Source: Mytilus trossulus (taxonomy: Eukaryota). Taken from it: a stretch of DNA of 64,000 bases. Position 1 is the first letter of the stretch. The number at the start of each line of letters is the position of its first letter. The translations under genes were made by a program, and so were the position numbers. Under the pieces are notes generated by a model. It worked only from the letters and a program-made list of their open reading frames with translations. It ran no database searches and was not told the origin of the DNA. Positions 38,681 to 53,299 of the stretch are shown here, in pieces. The stretch lies in assembly GCF_036588685.1 (NCBI RefSeq), contig NC_086377.1:29326001-29390000 (forward strand), given 5' to 3'.

Positions 38681-40199
38681 CGCATCTGACAACCGTAAAA
38701 TACATGGAAAGGAAGTCTTCCAACAGAGATCTTTAGGGGCCCAAGGTCCCACAGAATCCTCTTTTACTGCATCTATTTCAGCAGCAATTGACCTTAAATT
38801 CATCACTTCATTTAGAAGTCGACCACATCCGTGTTTTGTGTGTGGATTAGTAACACAGGTCAAAATAGGTTGCCACGTCTTAAAGACAATTTTGTCGTTG
38901 TATTTTGAACTACACGCGACTTGCTGGAGCTATGAAACTCGGACAGGTCATTTGACCCACCAACATGCAATGGAACATAGAGAAGAACGTTCCGTATTTG
39001 ACTCAGACCAAATTATACTTCGTTGGTGCAAGCTTATGCTGGGTTCACCCCATCAAATGAGCACAATACTTTTAGAATATTCCATTCTTGAAGTTCTTTT
39101 GGATTACATTTTACAGAGAGAACTTTACACTTTCATAAAGTACCCATATTGTTACCTCAAGAATTTCCGTTCGTACGCTGTCACGTAAACTACCCGTGGA
39201 ACCTACCAGTGATTGCCATCACCTTGAGTTGTTTTATTGATAATCCGTTTTCTGTGTTAATGTTAACAGTTAATGACAGTGTATAACATATCTTGTAGAT
39301 TCCAAACTAAGGATGTATAACAGTACAATAGTTTCCGGCGTCTTACTCGTCATCTTGATATTTCGTTTATAATCTTGCGTTACTTTGTCGAACTATATAA
39401 TATACAGTATTATATTATGTTTCCAGAGAGGAAAAACATAGCTTATTCTTAAGTCCGTTTATTTTGTGTATTTTATGAACTATGAAACTTAACTGGTAAC
39501 TTGCATGTTTAAAGGAAAATGGAACTTTTATGATGTGGATTTATTCATGAACTTTTGTGCAACTGTATGTGTAAAATGATACCACGTGTATTCGGAAATT
39601 ACTGTATGGATAACTTTCTCAGACAGTGCGTTATTTCCAGTCGTTTTGTTTACCCCTGGTCTGGTTCTACTGAGATGGGGCGATTGTGGTGCTGAACACC
39701 AATATACAGTATTGAACCAGTCCATGTTTTATATGTGCCTTATCATGTATCCGTGACGTAGTACACAGAACACACGATCCCGAACTCTTCACCTAACCAC
39801 ATGTATTAACATTATTGATTGCATTGATTATTCCTATTATTACTGTATTTTATGTATAATTGCTGTATCACCTGAATAAACCCTGGTGAGTTTCATATAT
39901 ATTGTTCTTATATTATTAATTATATGCTCGGATCACAACAAAGGTTTGAAACTAAAAAGCGTTAAAAGGAAAATTCCATTTATATATATTTTTTTTGGAT
40001 TGCAGTTAAGGAACAACGCTCTGTAAAAGGTATTTTTATGAACATTTGTAGGTGTGCCATTTCAGTGATTAAAATCTATGCCTACTCAAAAATGTATCTT
40101 TCATCACTCCATTAACTTTGTGATGATACTGATTAAGCATATAAGATGATAAAACAATCATAAACATTATGTTTTTTATGTAATCAAAACATCAATATT

Positions 40200-42563
40200 G
40201 TTCATAACATAAGACAGCAATGTCATTTGTTTGTTATGAACAAATATTTTGGTTTGTTGTAATTCTCATTTCTGTACTATTCTTTATCCAACTATAATAC
40301 TAAGTGAAATAATGGTCAATATATAAAAGTGTTTTTTGTTGCAAATAAGTTCCATGCTTACAAACAGTTCAGCAATGCTTCTAATTATTTGTTCATAACC
40401 ACTGGTGCCCGTAATGACGTCCACAGTTATGACCAAATTTGTATCTTAGAGAATTTAAATGGCAAAGAGTCCAACAATATCAAACTACAAGCTGTGCTTA
40501 ACTAAATGCTAGAGTGAGTTAAAAAATGATTTTTATCCAGATTAATGATCATTCAACTAAATATTTAACTCAATAAGAAACGTTCATAACAGATTATTAA
40601 AAGGCACGTCCATCGTTATGAACACAAATATTTTTGCGTAATATATGAATTAAAACTTAACAGATTTCATACAACTTCAAATTTACTGATATATTAAAAT
40701 AATGCAAGAAGTTTTCCTGAATTTCACTACTGATTTATTAAACCATTGCTCAGATTTACAAATAAAGAACAACATCATATTTGTTCATAACAAAATACAC
40801 AGATAGTTTGTGTCCCTGTTATGAACATTACTGTTATTGAAAATTTACCCTTAATGACAAAAATAAATTAAATGTATATTATCATGAAATTAAATCATTT
40901 ATGAAATGCTTTAGATTGCATTGTTGTTACCCAGGTAAATGTTCATTGAACATGACATGTCAACTCAAAAAGAATTGTTCATAACAGTATATAAAAAGTG
41001 CACGTCCTTGTTATGAACAAAAAGATTTCCCCTGATTTTAGATAAATTAAAACATTAACAGATTTCAGGCAGTATAAAAGGACTGCTGGTGTTTAAACAA
41101 TAAGAAGTTTTCTTGATTTTTATTTCTTTTTATTAATTTATTGCTCGGAAATGCACATGAAGAACTAAATCAACATTGTTCATAACAATGGACACAAATG
41201 GACACAGAAATTGAGAGTCCCTGTTATGAACGCTATTGATTTTGAAAGATAGCAATCAATTGCAAAGAACCAAATATTGTGTTTCCTGATAGAATAAAAT
41301 CATGAAATGAATGTAAAAGGTTCTGTTATATGTAGCTAGGTTAAACACCAGTTAGCACAATATTTAGATCAAAATAAAAACGTTCATAACAATATATTAA
41401 AACTGTACTTATTGTGGTGTCATGGTTATGAACTCAAAGATTTTCAGAAATTCAAATGAATTATACTAAAAGTTGAACATTTCTGGCAATTTTAACAACT
41501 CCTGTTTTAAAGATAACATAAGTGTTCTTGGAAATATTACAAATTTGTAATTTTATAGCTCAGAATTATATAAAAATAATTAACCATAATTGTTCATAAC
41601 AACAGACACCTACATATTGTGTCTTCGTTATGAACAATGTTATTATTGAAAATTTAATATTCATCCCAAAAGTATTTAATGTGTGACATGATAAAATAAA
41701 ATCAAGCATAAAATGTTATAGATTTTATTTAGAAGGTGCATCAGTAATCCATTTCATTTAATTAAAAAACAGATAAATACATTTGTTCATAACACCAATA
41801 CTGTATCTTAGTGTCAGAATTATGAACGTCATAAATCACTCTGTTTAAAGTTTATCGTGCACCTCAGACTTAGTATTTCGACCAAATCTATGTAGCCCTA
41901 AAAATGGCTTATATTTTCGATTGCAACGTCTTTGAATAATTTGTATTTCAAGTTAAAATTTAAATAAACGTCTTGTTCATAACTATGGACACCATGCCCC
42001 TTACGCCAAGTCGGTATATAAAACTGAATTTCTGCAATTTGCAAAGATTATAACCCATAGAAATACATCAATTCCATTAAAGAGATACTATGCTTTGCTA
42101 TAAACTTCATATGACATTCATACTGTTTACGAAAATCTTTAAAATTAATTAAAACTAGCTACTCTATCTTTTCTAACGTTCATAACTTACCTCTTCTATG
42201 GACGGACACCGACGTTGTGTATGTGGTCACATCTATGAGTGTAGTCACATCAATATGATAGCTACGTCATAAGTTTGTGTGTACTGGAATATTCCATTTT
42301 ACATTTAGGTGGAGCACATTGTAGTTCTAAATACGAAGCAATTGCATATTTTAACGTTCATAACAACCGGACACCACGAAGACCTGGCTGTCAAAATGGT
42401 AAATAAAATCTGTTCGTCAAAAACTACCGTGCTCATATTCAACTACCAGCTCAATAATGTTTAAAAATGAGAATTTGTTAGTTGTAGCTTTAATAAGAAT
42501 GTAAATATTTAGAAATTATTGACCTTTTCTTCCAACTTTTTTTTGGACACCGCTGTTATGAAC
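40200..42563. repeat. Periodic array of inverted GTTCATAAC...GTTATGAAC motif pairs (Sola2 subterminal region)
   Basis: GTTCATAAC at 40200, 40391, 40582, 40783, 40977, 41178, 41382, 41592, 41785, 41975, 42178, 42356. Confidence 0.9.
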
Positions 42564-43239
42564 ATAATTCGTTTTTTTGACAGCATATTCTGACTTAACA
42601 AAACGCTCAAATATGTTTCTGGTACTTTAAATAGCTATTCTAAAGTCAGTTTTATTCGTTTAAAAAAAACCCGTTCAATATTCGCAAACATATTTAGTAC
42701 AGAACCATTTTAATACCCACGATGGCGGAATGTAACATTTCAGGTCTGAATTTTAACCACTTTTTGCGAAAAAAATGTTGAAATTAAAAAAACACCGATG
42801 TTTTAAGTCCCCGATCTCTGGTACAATGAGATTCCTTGGTTATTAAGCTTTAATTCTATATACAGTTATTCAGGTAAAAACATAGCGAACAAATAGAAAT
42901 TTATAGTTTTTTAGTCACAGGTAGTGCTGTACCCATGATCAGATTCGTGCACATAACATTTAAATAAATGCATGACACTTAATTCTGCTTTAAAAGTTTG
43001 TAATGTCCCAATAACTGTTCAGTATGTTGAAACACTTTGAAATATGTTCTTGTTTATAAGTTTAGCCAATTTTTTTTTCTCATACTTCTTCCTGTCTATA
43101 AATAAGAAATGTGTTATGTCCTCGCTTGTACTCTTAAGGAACAAGTCTGCCAACTGACTAGCTTTAATCTATTCTCTTAATTCTTTCTCATGTAAGATAA
43201 TCAATTTGAAAATAATTATTTTTTGTATTTTTTTTTTAG

Positions 43240-44005
43240 AGTTCTCACTAGAAGACACGCAAGCAGATGCTATAAACATGATTGAACTTTCTGTCAAGCA
43301 TCTAATGGAGGATTCTACTATGAAACTGAATCCTGAATTTGGGAAGACAGTGACACTTTGCCTCTCAAATTTGGGAAACCCTAAACTGAGATCCATGGAG
43401 TCAGTAAAAAATGTATGTAGTAATATTATTACAGAGATCTGGCCCTCCATTGTTACTTCAGATGAAAAAGCAATGTTAAACTCACGCTTGGAGGACAAGA
43501 CTGCATTAGTTCACAAGATTAGATCTGCACCATCAATGATCTTAAAGATGAAAGAGCTTTTCAAAGTTCTTGAGGTTCCAAATGGGGCTATGACAATGTT
43601 CATTCTTCAATTTTTACTGCCAAAACTATTTCAATTGTTGATAAAAAAACGAACAAAAGAAATGCCAACAGCTGAGCCAGAAAGGGTGTTCAAGTTAGAC
43701 AGAACAGAGGAGCAAGTGCGCCGTTATACAGCAGGATATGTATGCAGGGAATTATCAAGACACTTCAAGAGATATCCAAGAAATGATACAGCCAAAATCT
43801 GCTCTGAAATAGTTCGACAGTTTCCACAAATCTTCAATTACCAGAACCTATAACTGCCTTAGTTACACAAAACATTGGATTGACTTAATCAATCGTGGAG
43901 GAGTCTACGAAATCAATGATGATGTTTTTTTTAGAAGAATGGAGCTTGTAGTTAGGCAATATCTAAATGACTCGGATGCTAGCCTAAGTGTATCAAAAGA
44001 CATGC
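43240..44005 (+). pseudogene. Transposon-associated ORF remnant (Y.AGY...RGG domain as found with P/THAP9-like elements)
   Basis: EEQVRRYTAGYVCREL and frameshifted WIDLINRGGVYEINDD; acceptor tttag before 43240. Confidence 0.5.
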
Positions 44006-44435
44006 CCAGGTTTGTTAGAATTTTTTTTAACCATCTGATGAGTAAGTCCTTTTCAACCAATTTTTATAACTTGTTTTTATATTGATACTGTCACACCAAT
44101 AAACTCCTTATGGAAAGGGGGCTTGAGGGTTTGGAATCAACCATCATGACATGTATTCTGGCCACATTATGTATGTGCCTGTCCCAAGTTAGGATCTGGT
44201 TGTTTGTTGTTGCCATACATATTTATATTTGGTTTTCATTTCAAAAATATACATATAGCTGACTATGCAATATGGGCTTTGCTTACTTTTGAAGGCAAAA
44301 CGGTGACCTATAATTGTTAATTTCTGTGGGGTTTGGTATCATGTAAAGATTTGTCCCATTGGCAATCACACCACATCTTCTTTTATATAGTCCTGGATTG
44401 TAGGAGACAATATACATTGTAATGTTACTTGAATG

Positions 44436-44585
44436 CAGAGGCGGATTTAGGGGGGGCCCGGACCCCCCTTTTTGGGAAAAAATTTGGTTGCTTATATAGG
44501 GAATCACTGAAGCGTGACTGGAGCGGGCCCCCTCTTAGGTCAGTCAGTGGGCCCCCACTTATGAAAAATCCTGGATCCGCCACTG
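44436..44585. mobile_element. 150-bp MITE
   Basis: TIR cagaggcggat / atccgccactg; flanking direct repeat GAATG. Confidence 0.8.
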
Positions 44586-47500
44586 GAATGAAAGGCTAGA
44601 AATATTTCCCAAACCACAAAATCAATCTCTCCAGGAATAAGGATTTAGCTTTTTAATATTTTTTAAACAATCACAATGTACTCCTGTACTAATATGTCCT
44701 TCCTTTAGCTATAAGCACCTACAACTAATGTAAAACTAATAGATGGCATTAATAAGGAACATGTCACATATTGCATTGATACCAATTAATTGAGCAATAC
44801 ATGTACCTGTACTTCCCCAATTCAATAACCTGACCATTTCATACCTATGTGAGGAACCCTAATGCAGAGGAAAATTAATTTGCTCATTACAAATACTATT
44901 TATAGCGTGTATTTTTAACGTGTGCAAATTTTCAGAAACAACATAATCGCAGAAATAAATGCCACCAATTTTAAATGAAACTTGCATAGGTATTGAAGTT
45001 TTGAATCTGCCTTAAAAATAACCTTAAAAATAATGTACTTGAACATGTACCTGAATAATAAATTAAGCATTTCTTATACATGATGATGTAAGCCCTTCGG
45101 GAATTAAGCAGTGTTCTAGCTACAAAGTTTGAACAGGGATTGACAGGGAGCTGCCCTTTATAATGTTTAACAAAACAAATGCATTACTCTCCCTTTTTTT
45201 TATAACTATAAAAATCAAATTCTTGAAAAGTTTATGCTCTTTTTCCAAAAAAAAAAGATTTAATTTATAACAAATAAAATGCAAATTGTATGCATATCAA
45301 ATTTTAATTATTATACATTAAAACATTATAAAAAAAATATTTTGAAAACTGTTTTTTACATCTTCACTTCCATTAAATGATTTAAAAGTGCATTATAGTA
45401 ATAATTTGAAATCTCAGTGATAAGTTGCCTTGAACACTCTTTTAATATACTCAACTATATCTTTAACAGCTCCTTAGTTGAATGTAAGCACACAACTACT
45501 TCCAGTCATTCTTTATATATAAAAAAAATATGTTCATATAAAAAGGCAGTGGCCAGTTCACAACCAATCTGAGTGTTAAAAAAATTAATTTAAGTTATTT
45601 CAGTGTAAGAGTACATGTGTTGATGATGATAGTGCAAATAGGATAGAATTTAATACATAATTTCATTGAAACTTGATCATGCCAAAGTACCTTAGCTACA
45701 TGTATATTATGATGTATAATTAGGCTTACACAAGTGCCCTTTTATCAATGACATCAACACATTGAATTGTCCCTTATTCAATGACATTTCCGTGTTATAT
45801 TCCCCTTTTCAAATCCTAGCTAGAACACTGTTAAGTATGAAGGTACATGTATCCATTTATCAGTTCTGATAGGTTTTTTATGTATCTTGACCTTTTTATG
45901 TTGGGTTTGACTCAGTTGAGGGATCCAACGCAAATAAGGTGGTGTTACATAAAACTTATGTTTTTTTTATTTATTTCAGTTCGATTATACAGATGACCTG
46001 ACTGCACTTATATATGATTGATACATGTAGTTGTTACACTGTTTATGAACATGGCCGTCAATGAAGAGGATTGTCAACATGTGTAAGTTTATATTTTCAC
46101 AAGTAAAAGTGTTTGGTCATATAATTAACCCAATTTTATATACAGCTATATATTGAATTCAACTGATCTGTTCAACTTTATGGTCACACTGTTTTCTCAT
46201 AAACCTCATGTATACAATCATTGCATTTGAATGGGGACATATAGTTGGAACCATCCCTGAACAGCAACCCCAAACACAAACAGTACAATTATTGCAGTTG
46301 CAAGTCTTGATCCTGGTTAGAACACTCATGTGAAAACGATAACTCAAAGTTTGCTTTGAAATAATATATCAGTTAAATAAATAATATAGTCCCGAATTTT
46401 GAGTGCTATGTGTCCACCATGGCATTTTCTAGACTAAGGTTTATATGCATGGTATTTGAAACTTTGCAATGACTTGACTTTATTAGTGCATGTAAACCAT
46501 GAAATATTACATGCAAGCACACATTATGTAATAATGATTTAATGTGAATTCAAATTTCAAATACAAGAAATCTTTATTTTACAATGTATTAAACAAAGAA
46601 CTGTATGGAGCATTGTTGTTTTAATATTGATCTTGTGATGTTCTATAAATATGTTTGTTTCAGGTTGCTAATGTGAAGAATAAAAGAAATGTGAATTTAG
46701 TGTTGATAGAACATGTCAAGTTTCACAAGGTACCATTCTTAAAAATATGGAATATAATATTTATACTCAGCTAGTTAAATAAAATAATACGTTTAATATG
46801 TAGAATAAGATGGAGAGGAGGTGCAAATAAATAATATGTGAGGTTCCAGTCACATGTAAAACAATGGGGGAGGGTCAAATAAAATTAGATGTGTGATTCC
46901 AGTCACATGAATTAAAAATGGAGAGGGGGAGGGAGTTGGGGGTGTATGTATGGTTCTTTTCAATCAGTGTAACAATATGGCATCTCTCACAATTATTACG
47001 TAATTTGGCTTAAATTGCTGTTCCCTAAAAATATCAATTAAATAACATTAAAGGATATTTAAAAAGATATGCTTGAGTGTCAGTTTTATTTCATCTCAAT
47101 GGTGCAAAACAGAATTCCTGATAAATTGCAATTTCAAAATGGCTGCCAAATATTGGTAAAGAATGGTCCCCTTCCCTTGACGAGGCATAGAGTATTTGAC
47201 AGTTAGGATTTAACCATATGTGTGTTACATACATATTGCATTTGAATAGACAATCAACATAAAAAAAAATAGCCAAATGACAAATAGTTGATTTATAAAA
47301 ACATATATCATACTTTTACAGGAATAAAGCAGATCAAGCCCAATGGAAGATTACCTATGTCAAAGGTTACATGCATATATTGGATTGTGCTATGAGATAT
47401 AAGGTATGTATAACATCTCCATATTAATTTGTCCATGTCGATCACTATTGGAAAATGCAGTTAGTGTTACATGAGGAGATAATTTGAAAACAAAGCCTTA

Positions 47501-49003
47501 ATTCTTTTCTATTTACAAAAGTTGTGTGTACACAACATAACAGCATTATTTTATATACAATTGCAAAGGAAAACATCATTTAAACTTGCATGAACACTTA
47601 AAAGTGACATATGTAAAAAAAGACATGTTTCTCTCAGAGAATAAAAAAAGAGCTCTTTTCCTGTTTTAGGGGGCTAGCTCGCGGGTATAAATATTTTTTT
47701 CTGGGATAGGATTTTGCTATTTTATCTGTAGATAAACTTTACCCTATAACAAATAGAAAAATGAAATTAAAATATGGGGTTGCTGTTCACAATCTGCCTT
47801 CAAAAGAAACCTGCAATTTTGTTGAGGTACTTTTTTCTGTTGAACTAATTGGAGAAAAAAGGTAATATCGAAATAAAAAAGAAAGAAATTACAGAAATTG
47901 CTTAAATTTTGCATCAGTTCAGTTTCAGTACAGCTTATTTGAAAAAAATAAGAAAAATATAGGTAACTGAGGAGTAAAAAAAAATATTTCAATTTTAATG
48001 CATTTTGTTCACAAAAGGGAGATAATTTTGAGCTTTTTCAATGAAATTAACATATTTAAAGTCATCTGGAACTAAACGAATTGATTTTTTTTGGTTGACT
48101 GTTGTACCATATTATAGAAAAACAACTTATATTGCAATAAATGAAATTTGTAATGGAAAAAAAAATGTTTGAATATTTGCTGATGTTTTTTGGTACCGAA
48201 TCCTATCAGAGCTGCTTAATATATAAAAATGAAAATGTGGTATGATTGGCAATGAGACAACTCTCCTCAAGAGACAAAATGACACAGAAATTAACATATG
48301 TAGGTATCTGTACGGCCTTCAACAATGAGCATATCCCATACCACATAGTCAATATAAAAGACCATGAAAAGACAATGTAAAAGAATTTAAAGGAGAAAAC
48401 TAAAGGCTTTATTGATTTAAAAAAATAAACAAAAAGAAAATATGTAAGCATAAACAAAAGACAACCACTGAATTACAGGCTTCTGACTTTGGACAGGTAC
48501 ATACATACATACTTAATGTGGCCGGGTTAAACAGGTTAACAGGATCCCCCCCCCCTTCCAACCTGGGACAGTGGTATAAAAATACAACATAAGATAGAAC
48601 TATAAAAATCAGTTGAAAAAGGCTCAACTCATCAGATGAGCAAAAATACAAGTGGACGTGGCGGGGTACTTGAACATCATAACAACAAAAGACAAAAAGA
48701 CTTTTTAACCTTTTTTTGGTACCGTAAATCAAAACACAAAAGTACATTGCTGCCTCTGTCTGTCTGCTTCAGGTTAAAGTTTTGGTCAATGTACAATCAA
48801 CTTGAAAAGTAGTTCACTTGTTTCCTATGATATAATCTTTTTGATTTTACTGCCAAATAAGTGTTTTGATCCCGATTTCATGTTCAACATGTTCAACTTA
48901 ACATAGAAAATGAATGTGTGAATGTGATATCTGTGTTCTAAGAACACTCTCTTGTTTTTCACTTCTAAACATCTATTGAGCAATATTTGATTTTTCTTAT
49001 AGG

Positions 49004-51761
49004 ATGCCTGGAACAGGGCCTAAAGACTATCTTTGTATCGCATGTGGAATAAGAACAAAACCAGACAGAAGGAGATTTATTGCTGGTCCTGCATATGCTA
49101 ACTACAGAAAACATTTCAAAGTAATTTCATGCAAAGATAATGATGTAACCTGCATAAAATGTTACTCTCAATTTAACCGTAAAAGTAAATCTCAGGCAAA
49201 AAGATATGAAGATAACCAAGAGGAATCTGAAAACCAACTGTCTGAATCAGAAGATGACTATGAACCTCCCGCAAAGAAACAACAAATAACTACATTAAAT
49301 AAAAGTCCCAAAATAATACAGCTACCAATAACATCAGCTGGGAAAAGCCATTCTTCATGTTGTGTTTGCAAAGACAGAAAATCCAAATTTCAGACTTTAT
49401 CAACTGAAAATAGACACAAAGCATTTTTATCAACTGGTCATTTGCTATTGTCAGGAGCACGCTGCTGTCCATCACACATTGATTCAGATGGAAGCCTCAA
49501 TGAACAAGCCATCCTCCATTTCAAAAGTTTATCAACATCATCAACCACATTTTTCAACAAAACAGAACTGCTGGCTTTAATCACTGATATCCGATCAATT
49601 GCTTTAAAAAATGAAAATTTAAGAATTGATTTTGACAACAAAAACACACTCAAAGATTCCGATTTCCTAAACCTTACCGGCATTACAAAAGAAAATTTTG
49701 AAGACCTAATCTCACATGTCAAATCCATCAGACAGACAAAAAACAGAAGCATAAGAACATGCATAGCACTTTTTCTTGTCAGATTAAGAACTGGAATGTC
49801 ATACCCAATGCTCTCAACACTTTTTAACATTGGCAAAACTGGAATAAGAAGAGCAATTGCAACAGCTAGAAAAGAACTCTCCATCAACTTCACTCCCAAA
49901 TATCTTGGCTTTCAGCACATTTCCAGACAGGACATCAAAGACAATCATACAAGACCTCTAGCAAAAGAATTATTTGGAAATGAAATTGAAAATCCTGTCA
50001 TTTTAGTTGCAGATGGTACCTACATCTACATTCAAAAGAGCAATAACTTTAAATTCCAAAGACGGTCATATAGTCTTCATAAAAATCGACCTTTAGTTAA
50101 GCCAATGATTATTGTATCTACTACAGGATATATTGTATCAGTGTTAGGGCCATATCATGCTGATTACAAGAACAATGATGCCAACATTATTAAACATAAC
50201 TTTAAATTGAATATGGAGCAGATGACAGATTGGATATCAGAAGGGGACGTTCTTATAGTGGACAGAGGATTTCGGGATGCTGTTGACTTTCTTGAGGAGA
50301 TGGGGGTCCATTCCAAGATGCCTTCTTTTCTTAAAAAGGGCCAGAAGCAGCACACAGTAGAAGAGGTATAAAATTTTGTTAGCTACAAAACTCTCCTAAA
50401 AATAGTGTCTGTTTGACCCATTGTAAAAGAAACAACAGATATTCACTAATTTTGATCGTCACTATTTTTGGTCTCAACTTTTATGTGCATGATCAATGTG
50501 AAAGAGGGCAATATTTACTAACAGACATAATTTGTGTTACACGTATACCATACGATTTCTTGATGAGCTATTTAATATTTAATTCATGTTTCAGTTAATC
50601 ACATAGTCTTACTACTTATATTTATGTATCCTCCAATATTACAGTATTAAATACTGATCCTAATTTTAGGAACTTATAATCAGCAACATGAAAAAAGACA
50701 TTTATGGATCAATGTGACGAAGACATCACCAACTCACTAAATGAATTACAAAATGAAATTAAATGCTTGTACCACATGATCTTCAATAATGAACCAGTTA
50801 CCCATTTGCAGGCAGCTATACCTTTCAATTTGAAGATGTCCATTTAACAAGGATTTTTTTGGTCAGCTGAATTATGTGGGAGTAATGCCCCTTTGAACTA
50901 ATAAATTTCAAAAATTATTTTACTGATGCAGCTTTGTCAGCACAACTTCTTTGAAACCTAGTATTGTACAGATTTTTGTAGAAATTGATTGGTAGCTGAC
51001 ACAATTTGTAGTTATACAGATTACCAAATCTTATTAAAAGCATTCCAAGTGGATACCAACATTTTCTAGTTTCCTAATGAGTAATGTTTTTTTTAGCTAA
51101 TTTAAAATGCTAGGATTATAAATTACAATTTCACATTTCAGGCAAATTCATCAAGGTTGATAACCAAAATAAGATGGGTGGTTGAGTCTGTAAATGGCAG
51201 ACTCAAGCTGTGGCGGTACCTGGCAAATATTGTGCCAAACACACAGATACCACACATTGGAGATGACATAAAATTGGTCGCTGCAATTTGTAATAAATAC
51301 AAACCTCCTTTGAATTCTGGAAATCAAGAAGAAGATCAACTTCTTGCTGCTAAAATGAAGGTAATTAAAGCACTTATACAAGGAAGCAATATAATTCTAG
51401 AATAATTTACATTATTTATGATTACTACGCTGGTGTTTCACACATCTGGAATTAATGTTTAAACTGAATTTGATGACTCAGTTCACATACCACCATTAAG
51501 GGCTCACTGCTTGTTCTCCGGACATTTTATATAGTATTTAAAGCCTATAAAGATAGTATTATTCTGCAATGAGCATGTTCACTATACAAATTCAGGGTAG
51601 GAATACACTACAGTAATATTAGTTCAGTATACAAAATTAATGTTAAGCCACACCACTGAGGGAAGTGGTTATTCTGTTAATAAATCTATTGCATAGACAT
51701 TCAATGATTTTTTGCATAGTGTTCTGGTTAGTTACTCACGTTTACCCTCTTTAAATAAAGA

Positions 51762-51813
<52 letters not shown>

Positions 51814-52768
51814 CTCAGGTAATTGATTTTGTTGTCATATTGTCCCATAATACATGTAGTACTCTAGAGCTTCACACATTATAATTTACAGTCAGGAACA
51901 CAGGTTGCCCACATCTATTCTGAGAATCTTTTATTTACAAATGTATCTTAATTTGTATTTGTTACGTAGGATTAAAACATTTGATACACACATTGTCTGG
52001 GATTTTTTTTTTTTACTAGTGCTTGCCGTGAAACAAGCAGGAAATGTTCGGCAAACCTTTCATTTCTACCTGTTTCTAATTAGACTTGTCAATTCTTTTT
52101 ATATTATATATTATAAAATATTAAATGGTATCATAATGATATTGGGATGCAAACAGTACAAGATACCAGCAAATAACTAGAATTAAATTGATTACTATTC
52201 TTAATTGCTTATGTTGTATAATCATTATTTCCAGATGTTAGCATCCAAAGGGAATGCCTTGTTTGAAAGAGTGGTGGAAGAGAAATTGGATAGAAGGATT
52301 GCAGCATGGAAAAAAATGGATGCAGAGAATGTCGTTGCAGGATTTCCCACTCTGTCTGAGGAAGAATTAACAAACATTACTGTTGGGGTATATCAGCTCA
52401 AACTAGCTAGAAGCTACACTTGTGAACATTTGGATGAGGATGGCGACTACATTATTATGTTAAATGCTGAGATAGCAGATATACTGCGCGTAAAAATCCA
52501 AAGTCGTCATACCTCATCAAAACTATACTTGCTGTGGATCGAGTATGGGCCTGCAGTAATTAAGGGGTGGTATTGTCAATGCAAGGCTGGTGCTCGTGTT
52601 GTGGGGGCTTGTGCTCATGTTTCATCAGTACTGTGGTACTTAGGATATGCTAGGTATGCTGATTCCGTGCGCAATATTAAGAACTGGTCAATGTATTTAG
52701 AGGATGCATCCAATGTACCAGAAGAGATTGAGGACTCAGATAGTGAAGCAAGTGGTATTGAAGAGTAA
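49004..52768 (+). CDS. ISL2EU/PIF-Harbinger-group DDE transposase with C-terminal SWIM finger; exons 49004-50365, 51142-51360, 52235-52768 (704 aa, intact)
   Basis: HTH ([10 protein letters not shown]), [45 protein letters not shown]; phase-0 GT-AG introns. Confidence 0.88.
51764..51812. repeat. (ATT)n microsatellite preceded by AATAAA, probable retroposon 3' tail in intron 2
   Basis: ttaaataaagaattt(att)n. Confidence 0.8.
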
Positions 52769-53299
52769 CAGCTTTAGCATGTGTTTTATTTCACTGTCAG
52801 TCACTGAATATGCATAATATTTATGTACATGTATATAAAATGATCTTCCCTCTATATTTAATTATATTCAGAATTATTTTGCATAAATTGCTTCAATGAA
52901 AGTATGATGAACTTTTGTCATTGTTTTGCATCTATTTGTTGTTGCTGTCTATAGACATCAAACTTCTCTTCCATGTCCATTAAATTCTTTGCATCTTAAG
53001 TATTAGGTCATTGATTAATGGAAAGTTCAACACTGTACATTTCTGTGTAATTCTAATGTCCATTTCAGTATCTAGTAGGTAGTGAATCAACCAAATTGTA
53101 TGCTGGTATATATTTCAAGTTGAACTTAATTTAAGTCTTATCTGATAAGGATATCATTTGAATTTCATAATTATAGTTAGTTTAAGTCAGGAAAGATGTT
53201 ATACAGAGAGTGAGAGTAGATCATGCAATGCAATCTTAAGTATTTGATTTGACAATTTTTCATGAGCAAAATGATAATCTCAAAGACCAAAGCAAGTAT

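Larger units (their letters stand above)
35383..39940 (+). mobile_element. Non-autonomous Gypsy-like LTR retrotransposon (gag + decayed protease, no RT/RNaseH/IN)
   Basis: LTRs 35383-35640 and 39685-39940 (TG...CA, near-identical); TSD AAGG; PBS tggcgtcgtcgacag (tRNA-Ser-like); purine-rich PPT gagatgggg before the 3' LTR. Confidence 0.93.
26083..42952 (-). mobile_element. Sola2 DNA transposon, full length with nested insertions
   Basis: Perfect 22-bp TIRs gtgcacgaatctgatcatgggt / acccatgatcagattcgtgcac; 4-bp TSD ATAA on both sides; Sola2-type transposase inside. Confidence 0.92.

Noticed and set aside
38559-39188. 209-aa ORF as a novel accessory gene of the LTR element
   Set aside because: Non-ATG start; the first part is the frameshifted protease tail and the rest looks like decayed pol/spacer
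40200-42563. CRISPR-like repeat-spacer appearance
   Set aside because: Eukaryotic context, 9-bp motifs with ~150-bp spacers, no cas genes; inside a TIR transposon
45980-47403. Three short AG...GT-bounded segments (about 45980, 46664-46729, 47322-47403) as host exons
   Set aside because: No recognisable protein and inconsistent phases; may be UTR exons of the downstream transposase
48600-48640. CTGATGA + hairpin in the common interspersed repeat (also ~44035 and ~56980) as a hammerhead
   Set aside because: Lacks the GAAA box after stem II
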